Assembly: GCF_033153115.1 (NCBI RefSeq) | Contig: NW_026889751.1 | Coordinates: 31,372,001 to 31,436,000 of the forward strand | Length of the DNA stretch: 64,000 nucleotides | Source of the DNA: Saccostrea echinata | Taxonomy: Eukaryota | Direction: 5' to 3' | Part shown: piece by piece, positions 52,505-64,000 of the stretch | Numbering within the stretch: the stretch's first letter is position 1 | Layout of the letters: every line of letters starts with the position of its first letter | Notes under the pieces: model-generated | What the model saw: only the letters and a program-made list of their open reading frames with translations | Database searches by the model: none | What the model was told of the DNA's origin: nothing | Position numbers and translations under genes: made by a program

Positions 52505-54382
52505 TTAATAAGGATGATTTCAGAGGATAGAATTTTAAATGTCATAGAAGGTTTACAATTTCTTAATACATGTATTTTAGAAATTTTAAATTCACATCAT
52601 TTACAACCTAAAAAGGTCCAAAAATATATACCAATCCAGGCGTCCATTTTTTTTTGTCTGTATCATCTGTCATTATGTCTTATGAATGCGCATCTTTAGC
52701 TTTTTTTAATAAATAACAATAAATGTAACCTTTGAGTAAATGTCAAGATTAAAGGGCAGATCCACAGGCGTGGTGATCCAGGAGGTTCGAACTTATGAAT
52801 GTCTTAAGATCAAAGAAAGAGGTCATAATAAGAAAACTTTATAGAAAGATTTAAAACTAGCTAGAGGTTGTTACGTTCTAGAGCATAAGCATTGTAAATG
52901 GGATAGGGAGTTAGAGGGTTGTGAAAACTATACCTAGATACGTCTATGTGGCGACCCCCTCCCCCTCTATTGTATTCATAAAATCCTAGATCAGGCTAAT
53001 GAGATCAGCTTTACTGACTTTTTAGGGAATTAAGCTACGTGAATTTGAATTTCGGTAGTTAAACCTTCCGTTTTGTTTTTAATTGACAAAATAATGCAAA
53101 CCTCCCCTCCCATGCCGAAAAACTACCGGGGTATTAAGAAAAAAGTTCAAAGTGACCAGTTCCGCTTTATATATATACAAATAAATTCTGAAAACATTTT
53201 TTCTTCAACCAAACTTCTGTTTCCCGATTCGGAAATAGAAAAATCCACTGGCTGACTCTCTAAGCTTTTTTCAAAAGCTAAACTTGTGTAGCGAATGCGT
53301 TATAAATCCATTTATCACAGCGCCCCACGTGGAAGGATGCGCGCGCAATATATGCGCAGGCATTTGTACATTCCATTCTCACATCATTTCCAAATGTTGC
53401 ACGTTTAGGGTTTGCTGTGATTTTTTAAGAAAATTTAGAATATTGCACAATGACATTGTCAAAAGACTGTGGGTGTACAAAGACGAGGTTTTACTGATTG
53501 TTTGCACTAATTGTACCGTTAGTGTACCTCAACATGCTAGAGTTTTTGACTTCGCGCCGAAGGGCTGTAAGGAGCGTATGGACGTTAGCCGAGGCTCTTA
53601 CTTGTAGGAGTATTGTTGCTGTAAATATTGACCAAGATGTCCACAACATCTATAGTCGCCAAAGCCAAACAAGGCATTACAAAATGGAGAGAGAGAATAA
53701 CGTCAATACCAGCAATGAGGAGGACATGCATAATACTACTACACACAGCACAAACGGTATGTCATCTTGTATGCCTACATCAATTATTAGTATAATGTTT
53801 TCACTGTTGTTCCAATTACATTTTTAAAAAATGCACAAGAAAATACTAAATGTTCAGTTAATCGATCATTCTGTTAAAATCAGTGGGAAAAGGCAAAGAA
53901 TAAGCTAATCATTACAATTGGTTTTATTGTATTTAGTAGAATCTAAATTTAAGCACACCCCCTTCAACCACAGAGTTTAGAGCAATATAAATATAATTAT
54001 GCACACGTTAAGATTGGGTTCCATAAACTCCCATTGTCTTGAATTAATTTAACCTCATACTCTTAAGATCACGCACTCGGCATCGTCGGTCATTGTTCCG
54101 ATGTTGTAAGCGCCCGAGTATATACTTCATGGAGCCTTAATGTTATCGATATATGAGGCTCTAATAATAAGACTAATTTATTTATTCACCAATCAATGAG
54201 CTTTGAAAGGGGGGGGGGGGGGCATATATACAGTACCTGGCCATAATACAGTACGCAAAATGGCCGCCGTTATAAAAATATACGTGCACACTTGCAGTTT
54301 TGAATGTTGTTTTTTCAAATTGATATATAATAAAATTTATCCTACCTTACTAATACTTGGTTATGTAACCTTTTGCTTTTAT

Positions 54383-54546
54383 TTAAGGAATAACTGTCTA
54401 ATTTTTTGGATTCATGATGTGATCAATCGAGTGGCTTGCGTGATAATTTGCATAAACGCCGAAGGCGTTTATGCATAAAATTATCACGCAAGCCAATCGA
54501 TTGATCATCGTCATGAATCCAAAAAATCTGACAGTTATTCCTTATA
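54383..54546. repeat. Long imperfect hairpin (Crypton-like terminal palindrome) inserted in the Tc1
   Basis: taaggaataactgtc...gcataaacgcc gaa ggcgtttatgc...gacagttattcctta. Confidence 0.75.
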
Positions 54547-54729
54547 TTTACATGCTTCTGATTCTGCAAATTCCCGTGCTAACAGCCCCGCTTCTGTCTC
54601 TATTTGTCCCGCCCCGCACATGATTTTTTTTAACCGCGCCTATCGATGAACCAGTAGATTTATGTAGAAATAAAGTATTTTTACATTTTGTAATTTTATC
54701 TCGGACAAAGACATTGGAAATGTAAATAT

Positions 54730-55739
54730 TACAGCTTGTAATCGTGTTGGTATTGATATGTACAGTTTTCTAATCGTCTCCAAATCGATAGGGGCCCATA
54801 TGTCCTTCACAATACGCACTAGGTCTTCGCGTTTTTTAATTTCGTCCAGGCGATGTTCTAATCTGATCTTAATTGTCCTCCACACATTTTCAATTATGTT
54901 AATGTCTGGTGATTGACTAGGCCAGGTAAGTGTAGGGATGTTGTTTGTCGTTTTCCATTCAACCGTCTGTCTGGACTGGTGCACCGGACAATTATCCTCC
55001 TGTAGAATCCAGGGACTTGCAGGAAACTCTTTTGCAACAAGAGGCCACAAATTATAATCTAGGACCGAAATATATTTCTCGGAGTTTATATTTCCTTCTA
55101 CTTCAGTCAAAGTTCCAACACCATTAAAAGATAAACACCCCCAGAACATAGCCGATATGCCGGAGCGGGGCTAATGACTACTATACTGTCCAAGACAATC
55201 GGGTTGAAATCTTTCTCCAGGTTTTCTCCAGACGTAAATTTTTCTATCCTTTCCTAAAACAACTTTCATCTCATCACTAAAAATGACCTGACTCCAGTTT
55301 TCCTCCACTGTCCACCCTAATTTGGATCGACACCACAAAACACGGTTTTGACGATTTGGTTTCGAGATTGTTATTTTCTTTGAAACGGAGCATCTTTGAT
55401 ATTTCTGTTCTTTTAATCTCCTTCTTACAGTTCTATTAGACACTTTCTGTGGTACAGATTCATTAAATTTATCAGTTAAATCTGACAGAGTCTGTCGACG
55501 ATTTTTCTTTACCAACCTTGACAAGACGCGATCACCTCTTTCGCCCACGAATCGTTTTCTTCCCGGTCTTTCTCTGTTTTCCACGGAACCCCTTTCAGCA
55601 TTCGTTTTACAACCTTCTGTATGGAATTTGGACTTATTCCGATAATTTCCGAAATTTTCAGGCTACTTAAACCACTCTCATTCAATTTAATTATCGTCTG
55701 CTTTTGCTCGGGTGAAAGGTCTTTCCCCCTCGGAGCCAT
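54730..55739 (-). pseudogene. Tc1 DDE transposase with one frameshift and one stop; 3' end interrupted
   Basis: MAPRGKDLS HTH, RPGRKR, VIFSDE, MFWGC, LQEDN, WPSQSPDINIIENVW. Confidence 0.92.
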
Positions 55740-56061
55740 TTTGATTTACGTATGTTATGGTACTAAAAATAAATCTACGGAACTTCCTATGTGTGTGACG
55801 TCAGATATGACGTTCATGTATGGATGTGTGTAGTTGTCATTATTTTTTTATCATATTACAATCGATAAAATGAAGAGGAAAAACATTGTATGTTAATTTT
55901 AATTTTAACGGCGTCCATTTTGCGTACTNNNNNNNNNNNNNNNNNNNNNNNNNNNNNNNNNNNNNNNNNNNNNNNNNNNNNNNNNNNNNNNNNNNNNNNN
56001 NNNNNNNNNNNNNNNNNNNNNNNNNNNNNNNNNNNNNNNNNNNNNNNNNNNNNNNNNNNCA

Positions 56062-57260
56062 AGTAATGGCTGTATTACGTGCAATATTAACCTGATCCTC
56101 ACTTGTAATATTTAACTGTCCACGCTAGCATCCTTCATACAATTGAAAGACTAGTGTTTTGATGCCAAATATCGTTACTTATTGTGTATATATGTGCACA
56201 TTGTTATAAAATATGTATTTTAAGCTAGTTCTCCCTTCGATTAACATCTTCGTGTCCGTCCTCAACAAATCAGCAACCCCGGCCTGGGGAAACACTTTTT
56301 GAAACAGAAAACCTTAAATTTCGTTACTCCTACGCATTCAATTAATAAACATCGGTCATTCTTAAGTAAATGTTATAGTTTTAATTGCTGTGTTTGATTT
56401 ATATTGTCCTCGCTCAGCTAGTGAGGGTCCAAATATGAGCAACTTGTGTTCAGCCTCTGTATGCTGGCCTTAAAGGAAGACAAGTTGTATAAAAAGTTCA
56501 GATATTTTATTAACAAGAAACCGCAACTCAAATAAAAATCAAAGTAATAATTTAACAAAACATTCTGAAAATAAAAATATTAATAATTATGAACATTTAA
56601 ACTTTTTCTCTTTTTTACAGAATTCTGTTTCATAATAATTTTACAAAGCAGTTTCAAGTAAACAATTTATTAGCATTTCACCGATTCTAAAATGATGAAT
56701 ATACTTAGATATATATTTATACAATAAAACATACGTACCTTAAAGGAAGACAAGTTGTATAAAAAGTTCAGATATTTTATTAACAAGAAACCGCAACTGA
56801 GGTTGTCAGGGCGCGCACTGCCGTTTTATACCCCAGAACCGGTTTCCATGACATTTTCACAACTTGTCGACCTTTCCAGCACCCATGTGATAAGGATTCA
56901 TTCGGACAACACGCGACCATTGTTTTATGAGTAAATTAATTAAAATCTCAACTGACATATCTAATTCTTTATGCCTGGCCGGCTATATTCGTTTGATACG
57001 AAATATCTTATATGTCCGAATGATTGAATGTGTTTATGGTTACCGTGCCTGATCTATGTGTTACAGTTTATAAACAAAAGGAATACATGTCATGTTGACC
57101 TTCTTTACAATTGAACCAATTAATCTACTGCCTAACTCTGCACTTAAACCACAAACACATACGTGTAGTACAAAATAATGATAAAAATAGAAATAATCAG
57201 TGATATTAAATTATTAAGGTAAAAAATGAAAATAATACAAAAAATTCTATATTAATTACT
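56062..57260 (-). repeat. 3' LTR with AGTAAT...ATTACT termini
   Basis: Inverted hexamer termini; preceded by G-rich ACGGGCGCGGA; first ~60 nt repeated at 61517-61573; contains TATA box, initiator and AATAAA. Confidence 0.72.
56796..56830 (-). promoter_or_regulatory. LTR core promoter: TATAAAA plus TCAGT initiator
   Basis: Minus strand TATAAAA at 56830-56824 and TCAGTT with the A at 56798, 32 nt downstream. AATAAA follows ~17 nt later. Confidence 0.65.
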
Positions 57261-57912
57261 TCCGCGCCCGTAAAAATTTGGTGCTCCAAATTTAAATAAA
57301 ATTTACTCGAGTGCCCATAAAATATATTATATCATAACTCTTTCTTTTAAAACATAGAAAAACATAAAACATAATAGGATCAGTAATTGTGCATAAATGC
57401 ATAACATCTCACTAGGGAATTGTCACAAGAATTCACAGTTCACCACTATTAAAAGTTCACAATATTCACTGTTCGTATATTGTTTGTACAGTCACATAAG
57501 CAGAGTTTATGGATGAACACAGGTATTGCAACATCACACATTTTAATAAATTTTTGCGTAATCCTTTTTGGTAGCGTCAGTGAGAATTGTATGCAGTCTT
57601 TTTGGCACTCGGTCAATTGGATTTTGCACCTTGGGCGGGTTGTTATTCCATCATCAGTAGAAAGGTACATGAAATATATGAAAAATAATACAGTTAGTAC
57701 ATCTATGAAATCCTTGATTAAAATACATACATATAAAATCCTTATTTATATATATCGATATATATATCCTCACGATTCCGACTTCACCTCTCCAACAAAA
57801 TAATTGTTTATATGTTCTGCTCCAATTTAAAAAAATTACATGCAAATGTGACTATCATATAAAACAAACATGAAGATGAAAATGTTAAGTAAGCATTAGA
57901 AGACAAATGCAA

Positions 57913-60347
57913 TTAGGTTTTGTAATAATCAAGATATTTTTGGATATTTTGTGAAGGAAGCGGCATTGTTATATTTCCATGTTTCAACAATATGTATGCC
58001 ATATATGGTTGTTTCATAACTTGCTTGACTCGATAGCGATTAATCCATGAAAGTTTAGTACAGGGGGGAATTTCAATGGTTGAATATTGCAATTTGTTTG
58101 TAACTTTAAAATCTGTCCAGTCAGTAATCAGAATTCGCGAAGGCCAATCTTTAATGTACATATTTGAAATTGACGATGGTGGATTTATCTCGAGCAAGGA
58201 TGGACACAACGACAAGGAAAGCAGAGGAATTATAGCACAAGTAGTACCTGATGTAAGTTCCAGTATGATCGTTGTTCCACAACGATGACGCTTACTCATA
58301 TCAAGTAGTACTAAAACACAAGTGATGAAGATAAGAATGGAGAGAGCAAATATAACATGATCCCACTTCAAAGTGTCTTTAATTACATCCAAAATATGTG
58401 TCGGGTTTTCAGTAGTAGATTTGTGGAATATGTATTCATTTCCCAAAGCTTTGGTGTATGGTGTTTGTTTTAAAACAGAAATTATGAACAAAAGTTTTCT
58501 TTGTCTGATAAATAATAATCCACAAATCAGAGATATAGTTATTGCAATGACAAAAGAAATATAAGTTAAAACATCATTGGTAGTAGGCCAATCAGAATTT
58601 AAATCAATATCTCCATTTAACAGAGGTTCTGACAGTGACTGAAAAATTTTCTCATTACGTTTGGTAGCATCAGCCATTTTTTTCATGTTGAAATGAAGTC
58701 GGGAATCTGCAACTAACCGTTTCTGAAAATCATGCTTATAAATTTCAAATCCAGGAATCTTGACAGTTAAAGACGAAGCAAATGTGCTGTCCGCTTGCAA
58801 AGCCAGTAATTTTGAGTCATTAAAGAATTGTTGCAATAATGCCAAATTAACAGGATGAAATACTTGAACATTTGAATGTACTTGACATTTGACTAGTCTA
58901 GGTGGTAGATACCAAAATTTTGTGGTAATCGAACATCTGCAAGGTAATTGTATCATGCACATCGAACATCCATGCAAAATTGATTTATTGTTAGGGCAAT
59001 CTATGACCAGGTTATAACTGTTGTAAATTAACGTGGAGCCTGCAGATAATTCTATGGCGGTGGGGTTTAGTAAATTTTGTTGAAACCTGAAATTACACAA
59101 TTCATTAACAGCTTTTTAACATTGGCAAACAAACTCATAATGCAAGATTTCTGAGTGACCGGCATGAGCGCTTTGTTTAAATTACAAAGATAGAGTTGGT
59201 GTTTGTGACATGTTGCCATGTCATTCTTATCCAAAAGTAAATAGTATTGTTGATGTGATGTAATGGCTAAGTAGTTTGGTAAGTCTAGTAATTGCGTAGC
59301 ATGAGTGGACGTTTCATTTACAGGTACTGGCATGGATATTACTTGATATAGTCGGAGAGGATGTTTTTTCATGAGAGAGTGGAAATTTTAGTGTAATGTA
59401 TATTGCACCAAAACGTCTCCCAAATGCAAATTGACCATGCTTATAATAATATTCTGGATCCTTAAATGTTAGATAAAAATTAGAATACTCTTCTGTGAGG
59501 ATTTTAGAAATTTCTTTAATTGTTTTTGTGATTATTGGTGTAGAAATAAGTATTGGTGAAAGTTTTCCTTCAATTAGATTACTTAACGAATTCTTGAAAG
59601 CAGAGTATTGATTTACCAATTTATGAGAATCTTCTAAATGTGAATTATAAAGTTCCGAAAGTTTGAGAAGTCCGTCTTGAAAATTCTGAATTTGTTCAGT
59701 TATAACTTGTGATAGGTTTGTGATAGCCAAAAAGTTTTGTTTTACATTTTCCTGAATGTTGTCAAATCTGTTGTTCGTTGCTGTCATAAATGAGGAAAAT
59801 TGATGCGATTGCATTTTGATAAATTTAGTAACTTGAATGTTATTTTTGATAAGGGAATTAACATGTTCTTTGAGGATGTTTACATCTTCCATAGTCGCTG
59901 TGCCAAACAAAGTTTTAGATAAGTCCCCAACAAAGGACAAGAGAGATTTCTTTTGTCTGTTTGAAATATGAATAAATGGTACATTGTCATCAAGAAATTC
60001 ATATGTATGATTAAATTCTGAAAACGTGCGCGAATCCAAATCTTCAATTTGGTGTATAAACCTAGTAAAACTCAAACAAGCTTTTGTTGGGAGAGTGATA
60101 CAGTCATACTTAAGGTTTGATTTTTGAGGTAATTTTGGGAGTACAATTTCATATGTTTGTCTCCAATACTCATTTGTTAAAACTAAACTTTTTTCACCTT
60201 TAAACACAACACCGTAATTAAGCCGTTGCATTGAGTTTGGAATGATCAGGGGACGGGACCCTTGCATTTCTATCCCAATTACCGACACATGGAACAATCC
60301 GCTCCATAACATCATCACCATTAATAGAATTGTGGGCCATCGAATTT
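57913..60347 (-). pseudogene. env: Envelope glycoprotein, class I F-type fusogen, two frameshifts
   Basis: Signal peptide WPTILLMVMMLWSGLFHVSVIG; QRLNYGVVF; RQKK|SLLSFVGDLSKTLFGTAT (cleavage site and fusion peptide); heptad region; Cys-rich C-terminal half; hydrophobic segments VLTYISFVIAITISLICGLLFI and HVIFALSILIFITCVLVLL. Confidence 0.85.
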
Positions 60348-60511
60348 CTACAAATAGACGAAAGAGAAAAAAATTAGTGGTGTTCATTCAAAATGTGTTG
60401 ATCAGGCACAAGTTGAACCACTTTATTTTAGAAAAAGGTCCAAAGTGAAAAAAAAAATATTTTAGTGGAGATTCTAAAGCACACGATTTTTAATGGATTT
60501 ATGATAATAAT

Positions 60512-61516
60512 TTATGGTTTTTTAAGCGTGGAAGGAAATTTGCTCTGCCTCCCTTGTTTTGTATGTGTCACAAAGTATTCCCGTATTAGTTCTTGGCTTA
60601 AATTATCTTCTGGTTCCCAAGATTTACTTCCATCTTCCCACTTTACATAAAATTCCCTCTTACCTGCCCGTTTCCTGAGCTTGATAAGTTTATCGACTGG
60701 ATAATATGTATTATCTTGCTCGTTGTCAACATTGTTATCAGGGAGGACATTAAAATTCTCCCGATCAGGTGCAATAGTTTCTTGATTACAATTACCTACC
60801 TCATCAAACAATCTGCCAATATCCTGCTCAGGATATTGATCTCTGATGTCTGTACCTGGCATGTAATCTTTTAATCTACTTGCATTTACGTAAGACTTCA
60901 ATTCATTGTGATTTGAACACTTTCGTAGTTTGTAAGTAAAATTTGGTCCTATTTCAGAAATGTAATATGGACCATCATATTTGTCAATGAGTTTAGGTGA
61001 TTTACCTACTGGGGTTTTAAATTGCTGTAAAAGAACCATTTGATTTAATCTGAACTCAGGCTCTTTAGCTCGCGCATCAAATCTTTCTTTAGATTTCGCT
61101 TGTTTTATCGCGATGTTTTCGTTAGCTAACTCATGCGTGATTTTCAAATTTTCAAGAATGTCGCGAATATGCTCTTTAGCGTCTGGTTGTAGCGCGTCTT
61201 TCGGTGTTACTCGAAGATCAAAAGGCAAATTCATTTCTCGACCAAAAGTCATATAGTACGGAGAATGATCCGTAGATTGAGTGCACGGCGAATTTCTTAA
61301 AGCCATTAAAATACCAGGAATCAGTTTTGGCCAATTGTTTTGCTCCTTATCGGTATAAGCTCGAATAGCTTGTAAAATCGTACGATTATTACGTTCACAA
61401 AAACTATTTGTCTGCGGATGATACGCTGACGTGAAATGTTTTTTGACATTGAAAATTTCACAAAGGGACAAAATGAGATTTGATGTAAATTGTTTTCCTA
61501 AGTCAGACACTAATTT
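60512..61516 (-). pseudogene. Integrase C-terminal half with GPY module and chromodomain
   Basis: VSDLGKQFTS, TSAYHPQTNSFCERNNRT, SPYYMTFGRE, KYDGPY; chromodomain YPVDKLIKLRKRAGKREFYVKWEDGSKSWEPEDNL at ~60570-60706. Confidence 0.9.
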
Positions 61517-64000
61517 CAGTGGTATTAAATTATTAAGGTAAAAAATGAAAATAATACAAAAAATTCTATATTATAAATATTAAACTACTTCCAATATTTA
61601 TGCATGTCATGTTCCACCAAAGCAAGAATTAGGCGATGAGTTGAGAAATGGTTTTAATTTAATTTAGGGCGCATGGAGTGAAGAGCAAATTAATTAATTA
61701 ATTAATTGAAATTAATTTCAGTAGATCTGTATCAAGACAAATTCAGAATATGTTGCTGATTGAAATAGCTATGGGCGAATGGCTGTTCCATTTTCCTTAA
61801 CACCTCTATCAAAACTAGGCCCATAAATCATGGAGGGGGATCAATATCCACATAACAATAAACCCAAAAATTTTATAGATTGAGGGCCATAATCGGTATG
61901 ATAGCACCATTAATAAGATCTTTACCTGGCAAAATGGATACAAAAAATCGTTTTTGGACTATTGTCTAGAAAACCAGATGATTTTTTGCGTACTTGGCTT
62001 CGAATAACTACTATGTCAAACGCCTTCCATTTGTTGTTACACATCGTCACAAATAAATAAAATAATAAAGTGATTAATAAATTAATTAAACACAAATGAA
62101 ATATTATCTTTTTTCAATGGGTCGTCAGGTCACAACCTGGTTCGAAATACGAAACGCATTTATTTATCTTGATGTCTTTCTATTGTGCAAGTTCAGCTCA
62201 CGCCAACATTTGCTCAAAATTGATGACACGTTTGGCGATTTTGGTCAGCATTGGGAATTCTTCAATGCGTTGAACATTTGTTCCCGTCACAAAAGTTAAT
62301 TCATCTGGGTTTGGAAATTGATACATGTCAAGTTTGTATTCTGACGAAAAGCTAATTAAACCTAAGATTTTGCTGATAGGAAGGGCCAATAAATCTTAAA
62401 AGTCACTTCAAATGATATGCAATTCTTTCAGTGCCGTCTTACCGCGCTGTTGCCAGCGTTCCCACGATGCAATGATTTGCATAAAAAATGCAGCAACTTT
62501 TCATTTGTATAAAGACCATTTGTTTTTATGTCATTTAAATTTTGAATCACTTTATATTTATTTCTTTACGATATGGCTGATTAAGCAGTAATATTCTTTA
62601 GCTTAGCACGGTAAGCGCAGACGGAAGGCATACTGGCTGCGGGAAAGCCAGCATATGGTTATACAACTATAATTGTAGTAAAGTTATTTTGGTTACGATT
62701 AGATCACACAACTTTATAAACAGACGTCAAAATATGTAAGATCTATACAGTTTGATTTGATGTTTAGTATATTTATAAATGACTTATACACGTTTTTAGA
62801 TTTTACCTTATTAAATTGAGATCTCCATCTTAAAATTACTTGATCACACTTCACATGTTATCATCACGGAAGTACTATTTCATTTATCAACATTACTTAC
62901 ATATACAGTGTCAAATTTTACAACATACAAATACATGTATAGATTATTTAGTATGTATACACATAAATTGTTTGTACTGTTTGTAATTGTAGAAATCATG
63001 CTTGTTGTTTGTGATGCCTGAAAGGGCCCTGATTTGGAAATAAAGAATCTTACCTACCATACTATCATCATCAATAAATAAATAAATAAATAAATAGTGT
63101 ATTCCATCTCATGTTCTCATTAATGTTAATATGTATCCAACAGTAGATAATTAACTATCTTTAGTAAGAAAACCTTTTTATACTAAGCACTTTAGGTTTA
63201 AACTCGGCATTGCATAAGTAGAACCTCGTTATATAAAACGAGTACTTTCATCATGTAGATGTTAAACTGCAGGGGGGGGGGGGGGGGGCAGTAGGGTAAA
63301 GAGACACAGTTACTCTCTGTATTGTTAATTATTAGTCATACACCATTGTTTACGAATCAGAGCAAACATTCCTGATAATTTATTATTTATATTAACCTTA
63401 AACTAGATTGTTGCGTCTCAATATAAATATATGCACTATACATGTAAATTATATTCTTTTAGAACTTGAAAAGCTACTTACTTTCATGCGAATCAATTCA
63501 ATTACTTGGAAGAGAACAGTTTAAATGTTATCATTCATAGATTATAAACCCTGCAGTTCAATAGATTAAGAAAGACATTTGAACTTTTTCTCTAGATATT
63601 TGGTACATCTGTTCATTTTAATCACAGGCTTCTATAGCAGTAAATTTTAGTATGTTGTAACAAAGCAAGAGAGGAATGTGCTAGAATGGGGTTCCTAATC
63701 CGATATTCTATTGCGGGGCAAATGACCTTGGCTGTGTAAAGATATGCATTGATAAAACTGCCGAATCCTTAAATAGTTCAGTAAACTATAGGGTCGTTTC
63801 CAGATGTGATGGGAAGTTCGATCAGGAAAAAGATCGCAAAAGTAATTAACTCAGTTACCAAGCATAATTAATCTAGTTACAACAGAGGATATTTTATATA
63901 TACAATTCTTCTGGCAGTAAGCTAAAATTTTTAAAAAGCGGGCTTAAAAGCATAGTGAACTGCCAACTTGATTTAATATTATCATTTATAGTAGTAGTAG

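Larger units (their letters stand above)
54231..55928 (-). mobile_element. Tc1-like transposon; right TIR runs into the gap
   Basis: ta|CAGTACCTGG...agtacgcaaaatggccgccgtta on the left; taacggcgtccattttgcgtact at the right; transposase gene inside. Confidence 0.9.
56062..61589 (-). mobile_element. Internally deleted env-bearing Gypsy (errantivirus-like) endogenous retrovirus with a chromodomain integrase
   Basis: 3' LTR 56062-57260; a 5' LTR stub 61517-61589 fused directly to mid-integrase; integrase with chromodomain, then env. Possible TSD TCCA (left copy partly in the gap, nnCA). Confidence 0.85.

Noticed and set aside
62150-62390. hAT dimerisation-domain relic (EEFPMLTKIAKRV)
   Set aside because: Only one short motif; the expected downstream ERxFS motif and TIRs were not found.

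Overview
AT-rich eukaryotic DNA, most likely from a bivalve mollusc such as an oyster. This is inferred from the Helentron/HINE satellites, the B-box/NHL gene family and the retroelement types. The scaffold has four N-gaps. Most of the window is nested transposable elements: (i) a degraded Gmr1-type Gypsy element (gag-PR-INT-RT-RH order) with its 3' LTR; (ii) a nearly intact Mag/Steamer-like Gypsy element with 131/133-bp LTRs and a CATAT target-site duplication (TSD), broken by one nonsense codon; (iii) a solo LTR; (iv) a Tx1/L1-like LINE fragment; (v) a Naiad-type Penelope-like element (N-terminal GIY-YIG) whose RT is split, inverted and interrupted by a Harbinger element; (vi) Tc1 and mariner relics and several MITEs. 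The most striking feature is an internally deleted endogenous retrovirus-like element at 56062-61589 (minus strand). It combines AGT...ACT LTR termini, an integrase with a C-terminal chromodomain, and an apparently spliced F-type env gene with a furin-like site, a fusion peptide, two transmembrane segments and an extra C-terminal domain. Host sequence is limited to decayed, tandemly duplicated units that pair an ESF1 3'-end remnant tail-to-tail with a B-box/coiled-coil/NHL (TRIM-like) gene. No intact host gene, RNA gene or CRISPR array was seen. All assignments come from reading motifs by eye; no database searches were run.
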